A stretch of 63,988 nucleotides of DNA, the filler included, from Dimargaris cristalligena (lineage: Eukaryota): NCBI GenBank assembly GCA_003614675.1. It is 3 parts of 3 records of this genome, joined end to end, with 100 filler letters (N's around TTAATTAATTAA, not from the genome) between each part and the next. Parts side by side here need not be neighbours in the genome. Positions count along the whole stretch, not along the records: positions 21,765 to 43,416 come from ML002657.1; positions 43,517 to 63,988 come from ML002698.1; 1 more part is not named here. One strand, 5' to 3'. Shown here one piece after another: positions 38,617-51,059 of the stretch (positions are counted from its first letter, which is position 1; each line of letters opens with the position of its first letter). The notes below the pieces were generated by a model. The model worked only from the letters and a program-made list of their open reading frames with translations. It was not told the DNA's origin and did not search any database. A program made the translations under genes and the position numbers.

Positions 38617-39558
38617 CTACGCAGTTGCCTCGACTTTTTCTGCGCCAGCAGAGATAGATTTCACCTCATCCTTGGTTGTTTTGGTCGGGACTGCGGTGCC
38701 CTCGGCGGCCGGGGCAGGCTCATCCTCGGTTAGGCTACTGGTGGCCGTCTCTTCCGCTTCATCGTCCAGCAAGGGCTCCTGTTCAACGGGACTGTCTGGC
38801 TTGGATAAACTCCTTGTCTTATCGAGGCCCACCTTGTTAGCTTGCTTGGGTGCATCCTCCACCATAGTGGGGTCTTCGTCGGACTCGACCAGTTCGGCGA
38901 CGGTCTTCCGCTTGGGGGTTTTCGGGTAGTCCTCTTCGTCAAGCTCGGCCTCGGCTCTTGTTCTTTTCTTTTCGGCATTGTCATCGATAGACATCCCATC
39001 TTGCAGGTCGGATTCATATATTGACTCGTCGACAGGCATCTCGTCTAGCAGGCCGGCTTCATACATTGAGTCGTCGACAGGCTTCAACTGCTTTGGGGGA
39101 ATACTGCGGTCGGTAGTCTCTTCACCATCAACGAGTGGTTTAGCGCTGGAATCCGACTGAGTCATAATTTTGACTAACCCGAAGAACTTGTCGGTCATCG
39201 TGGTAGTGCTGTCACCCACGACGGACATGGCAGCAGGGAGTTTGGTCAAGAGGTTGTCCACGTCAAGTCCCGCAGCGCCATTAGGGCCTCCTTCCTCGGG
39301 CTGAGCGGCGCTGGCCTTCGTCTCTGTGTCTTCGGTTTTGGAAGAGAAGTCTTTGGCCATTTTCATTAGCCCCAAAATCTGATCTATAGCGCCTGGATTG
39401 GTGGTGATGGTCTCACTGGAGCCGCCAGTCTTGCCGAGCAAGGTTAGGACGTTTGACACCATAGACATATCCTGTTGGGGGGAAGGGGCGGCATGAACAG
39501 TGGCTACGCCGGCTAGAACAACTAGATAAGCAAGAACCATCCGTTTGGACTGCATCAT
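38617..39558 (-). CDS. Predicted secreted acidic, low-complexity protein
   Basis: ATG at 39558: MMQSKRMVLAYLVVLAGVATVHA|APSP is a classic signal peptide. About 313 aa, D/E/T-rich, with an internal 15-aa repeat and basic clusters. Confidence 0.75.
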   Translation of the reverse strand: MMQSKRMVLAYLVVLAGVATVHAAPSPQQDMSMVSNVLTLLGKTGGSSETITTNPGAIDQILGLMKMAKDFSSKTEDTETKASAAQPEEGGPNGAAGLDVDNLLTKLPAAMSVVGDSTTTMTDKFFGLVKIMTQSDSSAKPLVDGEETTDRSIPPKQLKPVDDSMYEAGLLDEMPVDESIYESDLQDGMSIDDNAEKKRTRAEAELDEEDYPKTPKRKTVAELVESDEDPTMVEDAPKQANKVGLDKTRSLSKPDSPVEQEPLLDDEAEETATSSLTEDEPAPAAEGTAVPTKTTKDEVKSISAGAEKVEATA

Positions 39559-40791
39559 GTATTTACCTAAATTGGCGGGTCGGGGGGATAAGAAAATAGA
39601 GCTTAGGGGTAGGAGATACAACTAAACGGGTGGGAAGTAGAGGAAGAGACCGCGGTAAATGATAGTTACGGGGATGGGGAGACCGGAAGTTGCAAGCCTG
39701 GGCCGGAGGGGGGCTGTAGGGTAATTATATAGGGCATTCCCGTGGACTCTCTCCCTGCTGCCCTAACCGGCACCGAGCCAATGCGTCTGACAAGCGACCT
39801 GCCCCATTGGATAAAGAAAAACACCAACTAGTTCGGGAACTAAAGGGACGGAGAAGGTAGAGGGAGGGGGAGAAGGGAAAAGGCAGTTTATTCCTACGAT
39901 TATTGGCCTGAACCGAATTCTCGGAACACTGGCCCCCCCTTTTCCTAAAGGCGGCCTCGATTATATCAAGCAAGGGCTGTCTAAATTGGGTCTAATCGGA
40001 ACGAGCCACCTGCGGATGTAAAGGCGAGAGAGAGTGGTGGAAAGCAATGGGCCTTTTTCCCCTAGGCCAACCAGAAGGTACACCAGCGCACCTTCCCATT
40101 CCCGATGATTGGGAGAGATTGGAGCACCTGAGGGAGCGGGCCTTGGGGGAGAAGTTTGCACGGTAGGGGGAAAAGGGGCTAACTACTACTACTACTACTG
40201 CTGCTTCTGCTCTATGGACGAGGTCTAACCCCCCTGTATAGGCATCTCGGATAAATAAATACACGCGATATGGGGGGGTTGGACAGGCCAAAAATGCATT
40301 ACCCGCTAAAGTGGATTCTACCCAACGGGGGTTTTTGTTAAATGGTTGGGCTTCGTGATGCGAAAAACGGAGAGGGCCGGTAGAGCGAGGTCGATTAAGA
40401 AGAGTCCCTTTTGTGTATCCGGAACCGAGATTAGATATGGGGGCGATTAGATGAACTCACTGGGGGAACAGTAGTCACTGGAAGGACATTACATTAGTCA
40501 GTCACCAAAATGGGGGAGTGGTATATTAAGGGGCAGGTGGTGGTGAATGTAGGAAGGAAGTATAATGTTGAAGTTGCACCGACCAATGGTCTTATTTTTC
40601 CCTAGGAAGAATAAAACTATTTGCCCCAAGTAGGATGATGTGATGTGAAGGGGAGAGTGTGTGGGAATGCCACAGTGGCCAGGTATAGAAAAACCTCCGA
40701 GAGGACTGCCAAAGGTGCATCTGCCCGATGCAGTAGCTGACTGTGACAGCAGTAAGTAAGTATGCTGCATGTTACTCGCCTACCCGTGGTT

Positions 40792-40827
<36 letters not shown>

Positions 40828-42413
40828 CTACTAAAAATGCGCACTTACTATCCGTCGCCGTATACTCTTCTCTGCAACGGGGGCTGTGATTGATAAAGCC
40901 GTGCGCCCCCCTTCCTTCCAAATGAGGCCGTCGATGACGACTGTCCGCATACAGGACTTTTCAGTATTAGACGGGGAGAGATGGGTTGGATGTATGCGTG
41001 CACCCAACTAAAATAAATAGTCCCTCCCCCCCTCACTGCTATATATATATATATATATATACATACCGCCACGGTCAAGAACGTGGTCAGCATCATCTCT
41101 CTCTCTCTCTCTCTTTCCTTCTTACGCCCAAACGGTTCTCTATCCACTCTCCCCTTGGGCCTATCCATCCAGTTCCCACTTCCTCCCTTTCGGCTACCCT
41201 ACTATTCGTATTCGTCTTATCCCTCTCCCTTATCTCCGGCTGCTTTTCACCGTCCTCTTAAACGAGGAGGGCCCCAAGCACGTTGCTTTCGTCCCGTGCC
41301 GAAAGGAACGTCCGTCTATTTCCCCTATAGTTTGGTTACCCGCATTGCAGCCTGTTTGAGTCATCTATCACCCACAACAGGTAAGATACGCGACCACTAT
41401 ATATGATATCTTTCCACCACAAGGTACCACGACGATGATGGTTGGCGGGGATTTTCTTTTTACCAATGACGCACTGGGCTGCAGCCGCTGGTGATATATG
41501 AGTGGATTCCCCTGTGGCCTTTCGTTCGTTCCGCTCACTGGTTCCGGGGTTGGCTACTGGACACTTCTATTATTATCATCAGAGCCCGCTGACGATAGTA
41601 GGTCTTTCCAACGACGTCATAGGTAATCGGGCTGGGTGGATGGGTTATTTGATTTTATAATGTATGCGCATGACCAAACCCTTCCTCCCCTCTCTATATT
41701 ATCTACCATACCTTTTTTTTGCCTGTTGGGTTCTCTTTTCCCTCTCATTATTATATCATCATCATCATCACATTTCTTCCCCCCCTTCTTTCTTTAGTCC
41801 GTTATTATCTCCCCTGGTTAAAATATAATACCCCTCCTCACCTATACACCCTTTTTCCGCGACACCCCTTATTGTTTCGTCTGAGCTGTCGACTTTTATT
41901 TCCCTGTGGTATTATTATTGGCGTTTATCCCCCCTTCCCTCTCCCCTCTGTACACCTGGCCTTCCTCTTTCCGCTTCGTTTTCCTATACTAATCTCCGTA
42001 ACCCGTGTTACTTCCCTCCCTCTAATAAGTCTAACTAACCCTTGTTACATCTCCCTGTTGGCATTTGACTGCCACCCTCCGTTGCCTCTTTTTTACCTGT
42101 AAAGTACTCCCACTTTCCGATCCCTCCTGTACTACAACTTGGTGTCGACTTCCTTTCCCTATAGTCTCTTTTACCCTTGAATCCCCCCTCCCTCTTCCTG
42201 CCCTGGCCTGAGTTGGTGGGCCTGTTTCCGCGTACGGAGTTCCGGCCCAACCGTAATTGTTAACAACGTCCTTGACCCACTCTCCTAACCCTCCTCCTAG
42301 TTTAAATATAATTCTTCCCTCTCTGTACCGCTGTTCTTGTTTCGACCGTCCCTGCTTCACACCCACCTGCACGTAGATTTTGGGCACCTGACCCTTATAA
42401 TACTGTCTACAGA

Positions 42414-43416
42414 ATGGCTCCGTTGTCCCCCATTGACCACCCCGAACCACCTGACCAGCCCCGTTCGAGTGGCAGCGGGTACCCTCCACCGGGAACCCCC
42501 TATTATACCCCGCTGACCTTGCCACTCTCCCTTGAGACCACCGCCGCTACCAAACCCACCGGTGTTGTACCAACGGGTCCCTGTACCCCGCGCTTTTATG
42601 CCACCACGCCTGGCTGTTTGGCTTCAATCCAGGCGACGGATGCTTGGTCCATGGCGGCTGCTGTGCCATCCGGCCCCGCCACTGCGGGCGAGGGCGCCCC
42701 CCGCCGTACCCTGGCCCTGCCTTTTTCCGCCGCCGGCCGTCTGTCCTTCCCCAGCTTCACTCCATCTAATCTGGCCCAGCTCCTCACCCGAGCCTCCACC
42801 TCCCCCTCGCCGGCAGCAGCGGGGCAGTGTAGGTCCCAGTCCGTTCCCTCGGTTCTGCTGATTGATACCCGTATCCCCTCCCAATTCCAGGCTTCCCATG
42901 TCATTGACTCCATCAATCTCTCGGTCCCCAGTGCCCTGCTTAAGCGCCCCAACTTCACTCTGGACCGTATTGTGACCATGCTTACTGATCCCGTCGCCAA
43001 GGCCCGCCTATCCCACTGGCTCGAACATACCCATATCGTAATCATTGACCAAAACAGTCCCTATCTGGCGCAACAAGGGGTGGTTTCCCACTTGTGCCAA
43101 AAGTTCAGTGACCCCCAGTCCAAGGTTCACGTGGGTTGGCTACGGGGTGGGTTTGACGCTTTTGCCCTGCGCTTTCCGGTCCTCTGCGTTGCCTCCGACT
43201 CTTCCGACGCATCCAAGAGTCTACTACACGCGGACGTGCTCTCTGGCAGCCTGTCCCCCACTGTCCCGACTATGGGCTCCACCGCTAACTCGCTGACCAT
43301 TCAACCGGGCTCCCTATCCCATTTATTTGCCGACGCCCGCCAGCGCCCTTTGGACTCGTTCTTTCTTAGCTACCGCCACAATAACGAACCCGTGCCAGCC
43401 GCCCCCGCCTCTAGCT
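42414..43416 (+). CDS. Rhodanese-like-domain protein, probably a MAPK-directed tyrosine phosphatase (Ptp2/Ptp3/Pyp1-like); 3'-truncated
   Basis: LLIDTR...F..SHVIDSINLSVPSALLKRPNFTLDRI and WLRGGFDAF are CH2-type rhodanese motifs with a KR docking-like site. The catalytic domain is not visible because the frame runs into the linker. Confidence 0.7.
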
Positions 43417-43516
43417 NNNNNNNNNNNNNNNNNNNNNNNNNNNNNNNNNNNNNNNNNNNNTTAATTAATTAANNNNNNNNNNNNNNNNNNNNNNNNNNNN
43501 NNNNNNNNNNNNNNNN
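43417..43516. other. Artificial contig-joining linker (N44-TTAATTAATTAA-N44)
   Basis: Same design as the linker at 21665. Confidence 0.95.
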
Positions 43517-44538
43517 AGTTTAAAAATATACGAGATTTACTCGGTACCCCCGCGAATAAGACCCCAGTCCTCCCAGGTTTACATTAACCATGCTGCCGCT
43601 ATTTTATTATTATTATATGTTCGCTTTTATTTTTATACTCGCACCGCTCCTCAAGACCGCCGACGACGGAAAATATACCCCCTGGTCTTCGCCAAGCAAT
43701 GGTCCACCAATTCGGGAATCCGCTTTAACCAATCAATCCCCAATTAAGAATACCCGTTTGTCTCCGCCGGAGTCGCAGTTAGCTGACTAACTATCCCATT
43801 TTTTCCTTACATCCTCAGCTAAAAAATGGTCTACTATACTGACTAGTTTTATATTAGGTGCCTGTTGGCTTATAATCAGACTTGATGTAGCGAATATAAT
43901 CCATGGCTCGCTCGGGACCAGGTTGCACGAGTGCATAGGCCGCCATGATGCTTACTATCCCTTCGACCCTCCACCCCAAAAAAGACCTCCCCCACCCGTT
44001 CGTTCCTATATAGACTGACCTTGCCGGCCCTAATTGTGTACCGGTAACCTTGAGCCATTCTCTCTCCCCTCCCCCTCCCCCGAGATTCTACGACGTGCAC
44101 CTCTTCGTTTTCAGCCTACTCAACTAGCTCATCTATAAATCACTTGTTCTTTGGCTATTATTCACATATTTCTATACATCCCTCCCCCCGCTCGGTTAGT
44201 CGTGCAGCCTGACGACCTTTTATATCTTCAATTACCTTGTCCCTACAATTCGGTTGACCCGACATTGGCCAGCTTGGAAAACTCTACTTTTTATAAGTGC
44301 CTAAAATTTACGAATACCTTACTGGGTTTGAACAATTGGAAAGTTCAAAGGCATACTAAACGACTACCATAACCAAGCGGTGTCGCTCTATTTCACGTTT
44401 ATCTTTAAAAGCATATATATATATATATACTAGTACTTTTTAGGTGTACCTATCCCTCACGGAATCTATAACTATACCTTTTGGTTGTTGCTGTTGTTGT
44501 TTTTTGGACCACGTTCACTTTACACCTTCACTCCCACA

Positions 44539-44991
44539 ATGAAGTATTCGGCCGCCTTTTTCGCCCGCACCCTGGCCGCCGTGGCCATACTAGCACTGAC
44601 CCTCCCATCTGGTCTTGCCGTTCCAATCCCGGAAGAAACTAACACAAGCGGCGTGGACGATGTGAAACAGGGTGGTAAGGATATGCTCGGCTCCGCGGTC
44701 CTATTAGCTACCGGCGCGGGCGACATTCTCAAAGGGACGGGTAAGATCATTGTCTCTCCTTTCAAATATATCGGCAAGAAAGTCGACGAAAGCCTCACGG
44801 CCATTGGAAAAGGAGTCCAAGCCAGCGCCAAACAAGTGAAGGACGGGGTTGATAAGTCCATTACGGATGTCAAGAATGGGGTTGATACGTCCATTAAAAA
44901 GGCCCAGGACAGCGTCGACGAAACCAAGAAAAAGACCGGTGGTGTTATTGAAAATTTGGGTAAAACGATTGCTGGAAACCCATCGACATAG
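44539..44991 (+). CDS. Small secreted protein with 11-residue amphipathic repeats
   Basis: MKYSAAFFARTLAAVAILALTLPSGLA|VPIP signal peptide; repeats KQVKDGVDKSI/TDVKNGVDTSI/KKAQDSVDETK; (TA)n TATA-like run about 110 nt upstream. Confidence 0.8.
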   Translation: MKYSAAFFARTLAAVAILALTLPSGLAVPIPEETNTSGVDDVKQGGKDMLGSAVLLATGAGDILKGTGKIIVSPFKYIGKKVDESLTAIGKGVQASAKQVKDGVDKSITDVKNGVDTSIKKAQDSVDETKKKTGGVIENLGKTIAGNPST

Positions 44992-45594
44992 CCTCGTCGC
45001 AAACCGACCCTCATCTAGTTCTAGCGCCTAATATGATACAATCTTTTTCTGATATTTAGTTTTTTTCAATGGTTTTATCATTTCTAGTACGCCTCTTTCC
45101 TTGTTCGGCCATGTGGTTCTAACACAATGGGCGTACCTTTTCTATTTCTGTCTATAGTCTCGATTATATTCAATTTTCAATAAACTATCAGCCATTTATT
45201 GATTTCCTACATATTTAAACGGAGAATACTTCGAGGGGGCAGATAAAAATAATGGTAGAGGCTTAATGGTGATAGAGAAAATACAGGCATCCCTTTATGT
45301 AATTGGCCGACCACTCTCACTCAGTGTACCATTCTCGCTCTGTAATCAATTCCAGGCGAGAGTCCAATGGAAAGGGGAAATCGGTATGGAAAAAGCCGTA
45401 AGGTGTTTTGTGATTCCCGATTGTCCTTCATTACCTACTCGTTTGCCTTTTACATTTGGCGGGTCCCTCTCTCTGTATATGGTATATGCTTACATTTATA
45501 TACTACTTTCTTTGTTACGCCTACTACCCCCTACCATTACTCCCCTTTTTTATATTTATTTCCTCGGCCCTTTCAATCTACAATAATCTCACAT

Positions 45595-46673
45595 ATGGCT
45601 CATTACCTAGCGTCAATTTACGGAACCGAGAAAGACAAGTAAGTAGCCCTTGATAACCCTGCGAATCTCTAAAAAGTAATCGACTGCTTGGCCATTTCCA
45701 CCCGCAAAAAAAATAGCAGAAACCAAAGCAAGTATAAAGTGTTTAAAAACGCACTAATTACATTTACCCCCCCCCTAATATTGGCTATGCAATGCACCTG
45801 TGAATTCTTCTTTACCACTATACCAGGGTCAATTGCTCCTTCTACTTCAAAATCGGGGCCTGTCGCCACGGAGACCGCTGCTCCCGCAAACACATCAAGC
45901 CCACCTTTTCGCAGACCATCCTCCTGCCCAATTTCTACCGCAATCCAGCACGCGACCCCGACTGCCGGGCCAGTTCCGCGGAACTCCAGGACCATTTCGA
46001 CGATTTCTACGAGGATGTCTTCACGGACATGGCGCTGAACTACGGGGAAGTGGATCGCATCCGCATTTGTGACAATGACGGGGAACACCTGAGCGGTAAT
46101 GTGTACGTCCAATTCCGCTACGAGGACGATGCGCAACGGGCGGTGGAGGGTCTTAACAACCGTTATTATCAGGGTCGGCCGGTGTACGCGGAATTGTCTC
46201 CCGTCACGGATTTCCACGAGGCCCGCTGTCGCCAGCATGAGTTTGATGAATGCGACCGGCGGGGCTTGTGCAACTTTATGCACCTGAAGTATCCGTCGTC
46301 GTCGCTGAAAAGGGAACTGCAGCGGTCCCAGGAGTTGTACCGCCACGAACGGCGAAAGGAGGAACGGCGGGCGAGACGGGGTCGGGAGAGGGAAGGCGAA
46401 GGTGAGGAGGAGGAGCGGGAGCGGGGCCGGGACGATGAGTACGATGGGTCCTCCTCTGGCCGGCGTAGTCACCACCGATCCCACCGGGATTCAACCCGCT
46501 CACCTGATCACGAACCGGAATCGCGGCGCGAGCGACGATCACGGAGAGACCGGTCGGCTTCGCCTGAGCCGTCCCGCTCGCCGGGTCGGGATGTTAGCCG
46601 TAGAAACGATCGAAAAACCGACTCCACCCCCGTGAGGCGGTCCCCGAAGTCGGTTTCTGAGGATTCGGAATAG
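45595..46673 (+). CDS. U2AF1: Splicing factor U2AF small subunit (U2AF35/U2AF23); exons 45595-45638, 45827-46673
   Basis: MAHYLASIYGTEKDK|VNCSFYFKIGACRHGDRCSRKH (CCCH), UHM/RRM with GNVYVQF and ELSPVTDF, second CCCH CRQ..C..C.FMH, RS/RE-rich tail. Confidence 0.95.
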
Positions 46674-49600
46674 TAGCTAAACCGATTAGGTTGGACAGCT
46701 GTAGTTCTGAATAAGACTCAGCTGACCGCCCCTGTTATAAAAATAAAATATATTGATGTGATAGTAGCCAATAATTGCCCATGCACTTATGAAATATGCT
46801 AAGAAGACCCTTCCTCGCACCTATCCATTCAGTGCCCCTTATACTGGACTTGTATAGACTGTGGTGGTTCCTGTCGAAGCTCCGATGGACACAACTAAAA
46901 TGGCCCGATTCTATCTTAGGGATAGTGTAATACCAAGACGGTGTCGTCATGGGAACGGTGTGCCCGTCGGGCAGCTGGCGGTTTGTACCATTTTCGCCTG
47001 TAGCCTGGGCATTCAGCCGCCTTTTTAGGTTGATTTGAAGGTTCCACCGACCCATTATATATCTTTACCGTGGGTACTTTGTCTCCGCCCCTCCCGCTTT
47101 TAACCGTAGAAAGTGGGCACGGTTGCATGGCTGGGAGGTGGTATACGGGGGATGTCGGGTTCTCTTCTACGGTAATTCATGGAATGCCGGGTTGTTCATG
47201 GTAGTCCTGAAACATGCGATTGGATATTGAATCAAGGGGCAATAGTATCTAACCCCCTTTTGACTAAAGGGGCTGGTGACCGGTATTATCATCGGCCATC
47301 TTAACCGATATTCATCAGTTGTACCAACCAATGGCAACCGGTTAGTGCTTACCAGCACCATGATTAAACCATCCTAAAGGAGGGAGGGGGTGTTTCATCG
47401 GGTTGTCCCACCATAACCGTGCTATATACCCCGAGGGATCGTCCAAAGTTCGATGGAACTGTTCGGTGTTGCGCCAGTGGTGGAAGAGGTAAACAAGCCA
47501 GGTTCAGTTATTGTGGTGGATAATAGAGGAGGAGGGAAGGAGGAATAACGGTTAGCAATCTAGGGGATTGGTGGACAGTGCCCGGATTAATCCCACCAAC
47601 GGGAGCGGACCAACGGCCCCCCACTTTTTCCGGTGTCACCCTTGTTCACATGGGCCAGTTGCCCCTTTTGGGCCGATCGCTATTCCCAGACGAGGGCCGC
47701 TTGGGCCTAGGGAGTGCCCTCCTCGCCACACTCACCACAACGTCAGCCGGGGAATAAGGAAGGTCCCAAAAAGTGTGGGGAGTGATTACGCCAGCCAGAT
47801 CTACCACACCAGGTCACATCACATGGATTATCTCAATTGGCCTTCACACTATACAGATTGGATGGTGGGCTATCTATCTCTCTATTGATTGTGACGGGCT
47901 TTCGCTTTGTCCCTTAGGCATCCGTTAATGGCGCGGGGACAGTCAAATTTGGTTCTAGATAAACAGCCTTACCAACACATTGAGGAGGCTGCTACCGGGG
48001 TTGATGGTTCATTAGGAATCGGGGCAATCGAGTTAATTGCACCATGGATAGTTATAGACGCGGCATATTAATGGCGGGCCCGATTCCATTGGCGTAGAAG
48101 TCGGGCCATAAATCTGTAGGTGAGGGGTATCCACGCGACAACGATGGGCAGCAGTAGAGGAGGGTGGGTAGGTATGCCATTAGAATAATCCCCTTGAATT
48201 AATAGCTGACCACAAGTGCTCCGTCATGGTGCATATACATACTCGGCCCTTCTCGGCTGCATCTAAACCGCAAAACGCTCACCACTGGGGCACATGTATG
48301 GCATATAGTCGGTGAATGCGTTCCGCTAGGTAGGGCAGTAGACATGCCATTATATGCACCCGGATATATCCCAGTATATAGGAATGTCATCCCCTGCCCC
48401 CTCACTCTAAGAGATTTGGTTGAGTTATTTGTATATCCCACATGGTATTCATCTTTCGTTAACGGATCCCCCTCCCCTCGCTCCCCACTTCCCCCGTCGG
48501 CTTCAAACAGGTAAGGAAGGAGCTGTTTCTCACCCTTTAGTCCTACCGGTCAGCTATGTTTGTGGTATTATAACGAGTTGGCGAATGTCGAGTCAATAAC
48601 CCCAAGGTCCTCTCCTCTCTCAGTGAACAGCAGTGGTTACGGTGTTCCGCGGCAAAAGGGGATTGCACAACCCACCTCCTGCCATGTCAGCTGGGCTGTC
48701 ATTCCATAGCCCCGGTGTTTGCTAGACGGCTTCGCAGTTAGCAGAATCCCGCCTGGTTAGAATTGCAGTATACAGAGTTGGTCGATCCGTCAAAATACCG
48801 ATAAGTATTTGACCAGAGTCTAACTAGAATACCACACTTATCACTTGCCAACCCAACTAACTTATACTACTGACTGATATTCGCCTAACGCGTGCACTTC
48901 TCCCTCCATCTGATTGGACTCAATCCCCACCCCACTATGATCAATAAATACGTGTATGGTTTGTCAGCATCCCTCTTTCCGCGGTCTTTATCCAGTCACA
49001 ACCTGACCCATACACATATACCCAATTGCGCATTTATTTCGCACCTCCTGCCCCCCAAATTTCTTTGTCTTGTACACCTCATGTTCCTTCACTTGCCTGA
49101 CAGTCTCCATCGTCTGCTCCGACTCCAAGGCAAACTACCTCCACCCCCTCCTCCCCTCTTCCACCAACTCTAACCACCCATTCGTTTCTATTGCCTCATT
49201 TGATTTTAACCTACGCCAATTAAACCACCCATCGTGTGCGCGATTCACAGCAGTGACTGGTGGATTGAAAAACTTGATTTTCCCTAAAATCCAGCCTTAA
49301 TTGACTGGGAACCTCTTGACGTTGGTCCTCACTTAATCCCCTGACCATTCGGCTGTTTTCCAACGATACCCGTAATTGTCGGCATATATAGACCTCATTG
49401 GTTCCTCCGGCATTATACCTAGGCAGATACCGCTCTGGGCAGGATCACCATCGTCTCCAGGTTCGTACTTTAATCACCTGCATCACTGGCGTCATTAGCC
49501 GCTCTATATAGTAGTGGTGATTAGAAATGTCTATAGATTTTTTTTTTTGGTTTTGGTGGCTGGCGTGTTTTTCCTCACCCGCGGCCCCCACACTTCATTT

Positions 49601-50294
49601 ACCAACCCGCTATTCGTGTGAGAGAGAGGTACTGGACGGTGTATTTACGGAGTTTGCCCGGCTGCCGTGCCCAGCAACAGCTGCCCATACCATGACTAAC
49701 GTTTAGTATTTCCCTCCTAGATTACCCGACCATATTACATCACCCCCCTTCGCTTCTTCCATCCCGTATTTGGCTCTTAATCCGGGCTACCCTATTTTAA
49801 TCATTTGTGTTTATAACTTTTCCCTATTTAGACGTCTTTATTGCTTCTTCCGTCGACTCGGTTTGCTGCCTCAGTTAAAGCATAACAGTATCCCGTTCCG
49901 GCTTCTTGGTTTAGAGAGCTCCCAGATTCCTCAACTCTCCTGCTTGACCCTATATGCTCCAGTGAACCATTGGTGCCACAGGGCGGTTGTTTTTCTTTCA
50001 TACCCTCTCGCCCGCCCCTTTCGCCTCGCGGTCGTTTCACTTCGATATCTTTAGTGCAACTCTACTTCTCCAATCTCGGAATTCCCCCGGCGTTTCATCC
50101 TTGTTCCTATAGGCTCGCCTTTATACTCCATTGCAAATTCACGGCCCTCCCCGTCTTGTGATTTATTTATCATTTACATTTTTGGGGACCTGCAATAAGC
50201 GGCACTATCCAAACCATCGTGCGCTTCTCCATCACCCTACAACCCCCCCCCACTCACTGATTCCCTTATTGGAGGGCTACTTTTCCTTCTAGTG

Positions 50295-50301
<7 letters not shown>

Positions 50302-50333
<32 letters not shown>
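50302..50333. repeat. (TC)n microsatellite in the pyrimidine-rich region upstream of the WNK gene
   Basis: Uninterrupted TC run seen directly. Similar simple repeats at about 40793-40826 (TTA/TCA), 41040-41061 (TA) and 41095-41113 (CT). Confidence 0.9.
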
Positions 50334-50335
<2 letters not shown>

Positions 50336-51059
50336 GCCTCCTCTTACTCCTTCTCCTTGGACCCACGCAACTGGTCCAGGCTGTCTCAGCTCCTCCTCCT
50401 TTTTTTGAGTTGACGCATTTCTCTATTCGCAGTTCTGTTTAGTTAGTTGTGCGCCCTATAGTCTGTTTACCCTCTCCTCCGTTGTTCCTCACAACCCAAA
50501 ACCCACACCATCACCACCGCCAGCCAAGCCTCTCTCACTTCTTCTGCTCGAGTGAGACTTGCTTTCCTTGGGTGTATTGTTTTTCTCTCCACACCCCACT
50601 GGATTTTTTACGGTTCGGCTGCCCCTTATTTAGGTCTGGCTTCAGTGCCTCCAGGCTCTTTTCCCTTTTCTGTCCTTTTTTATATATTTTCCCGGACAAT
50701 AACTTCCCCCGACCCTTTCCTATATTTAGCTATCTTATCAACCAGTTCTGTCCTCGTCTTTCGGATATATATGCTCTATTATTCAGCTTTGAAATAGGCC
50801 CACTCTTCCCCTTGTGGTGCTCGCTGATTCAAGTCAACTGTTTGCCTTTTACCAAAGTTTTACCTAGTCGCCCGGCCTGTCCTCTATACTTTTATATGGT
50901 CAGCCGACAGTCTTCGGCGCCCTCGCCCCCTCACATTGGTTCTCTACATACAGTGCCCACCGCGTCTTCACCCTCCTTCGTCGTCTTTTATTATCACTGG
51001 TTTTACCACTAAACCATCTAATAGCATTATTATATATTTATCGTCGGTACCCGCCCGGC

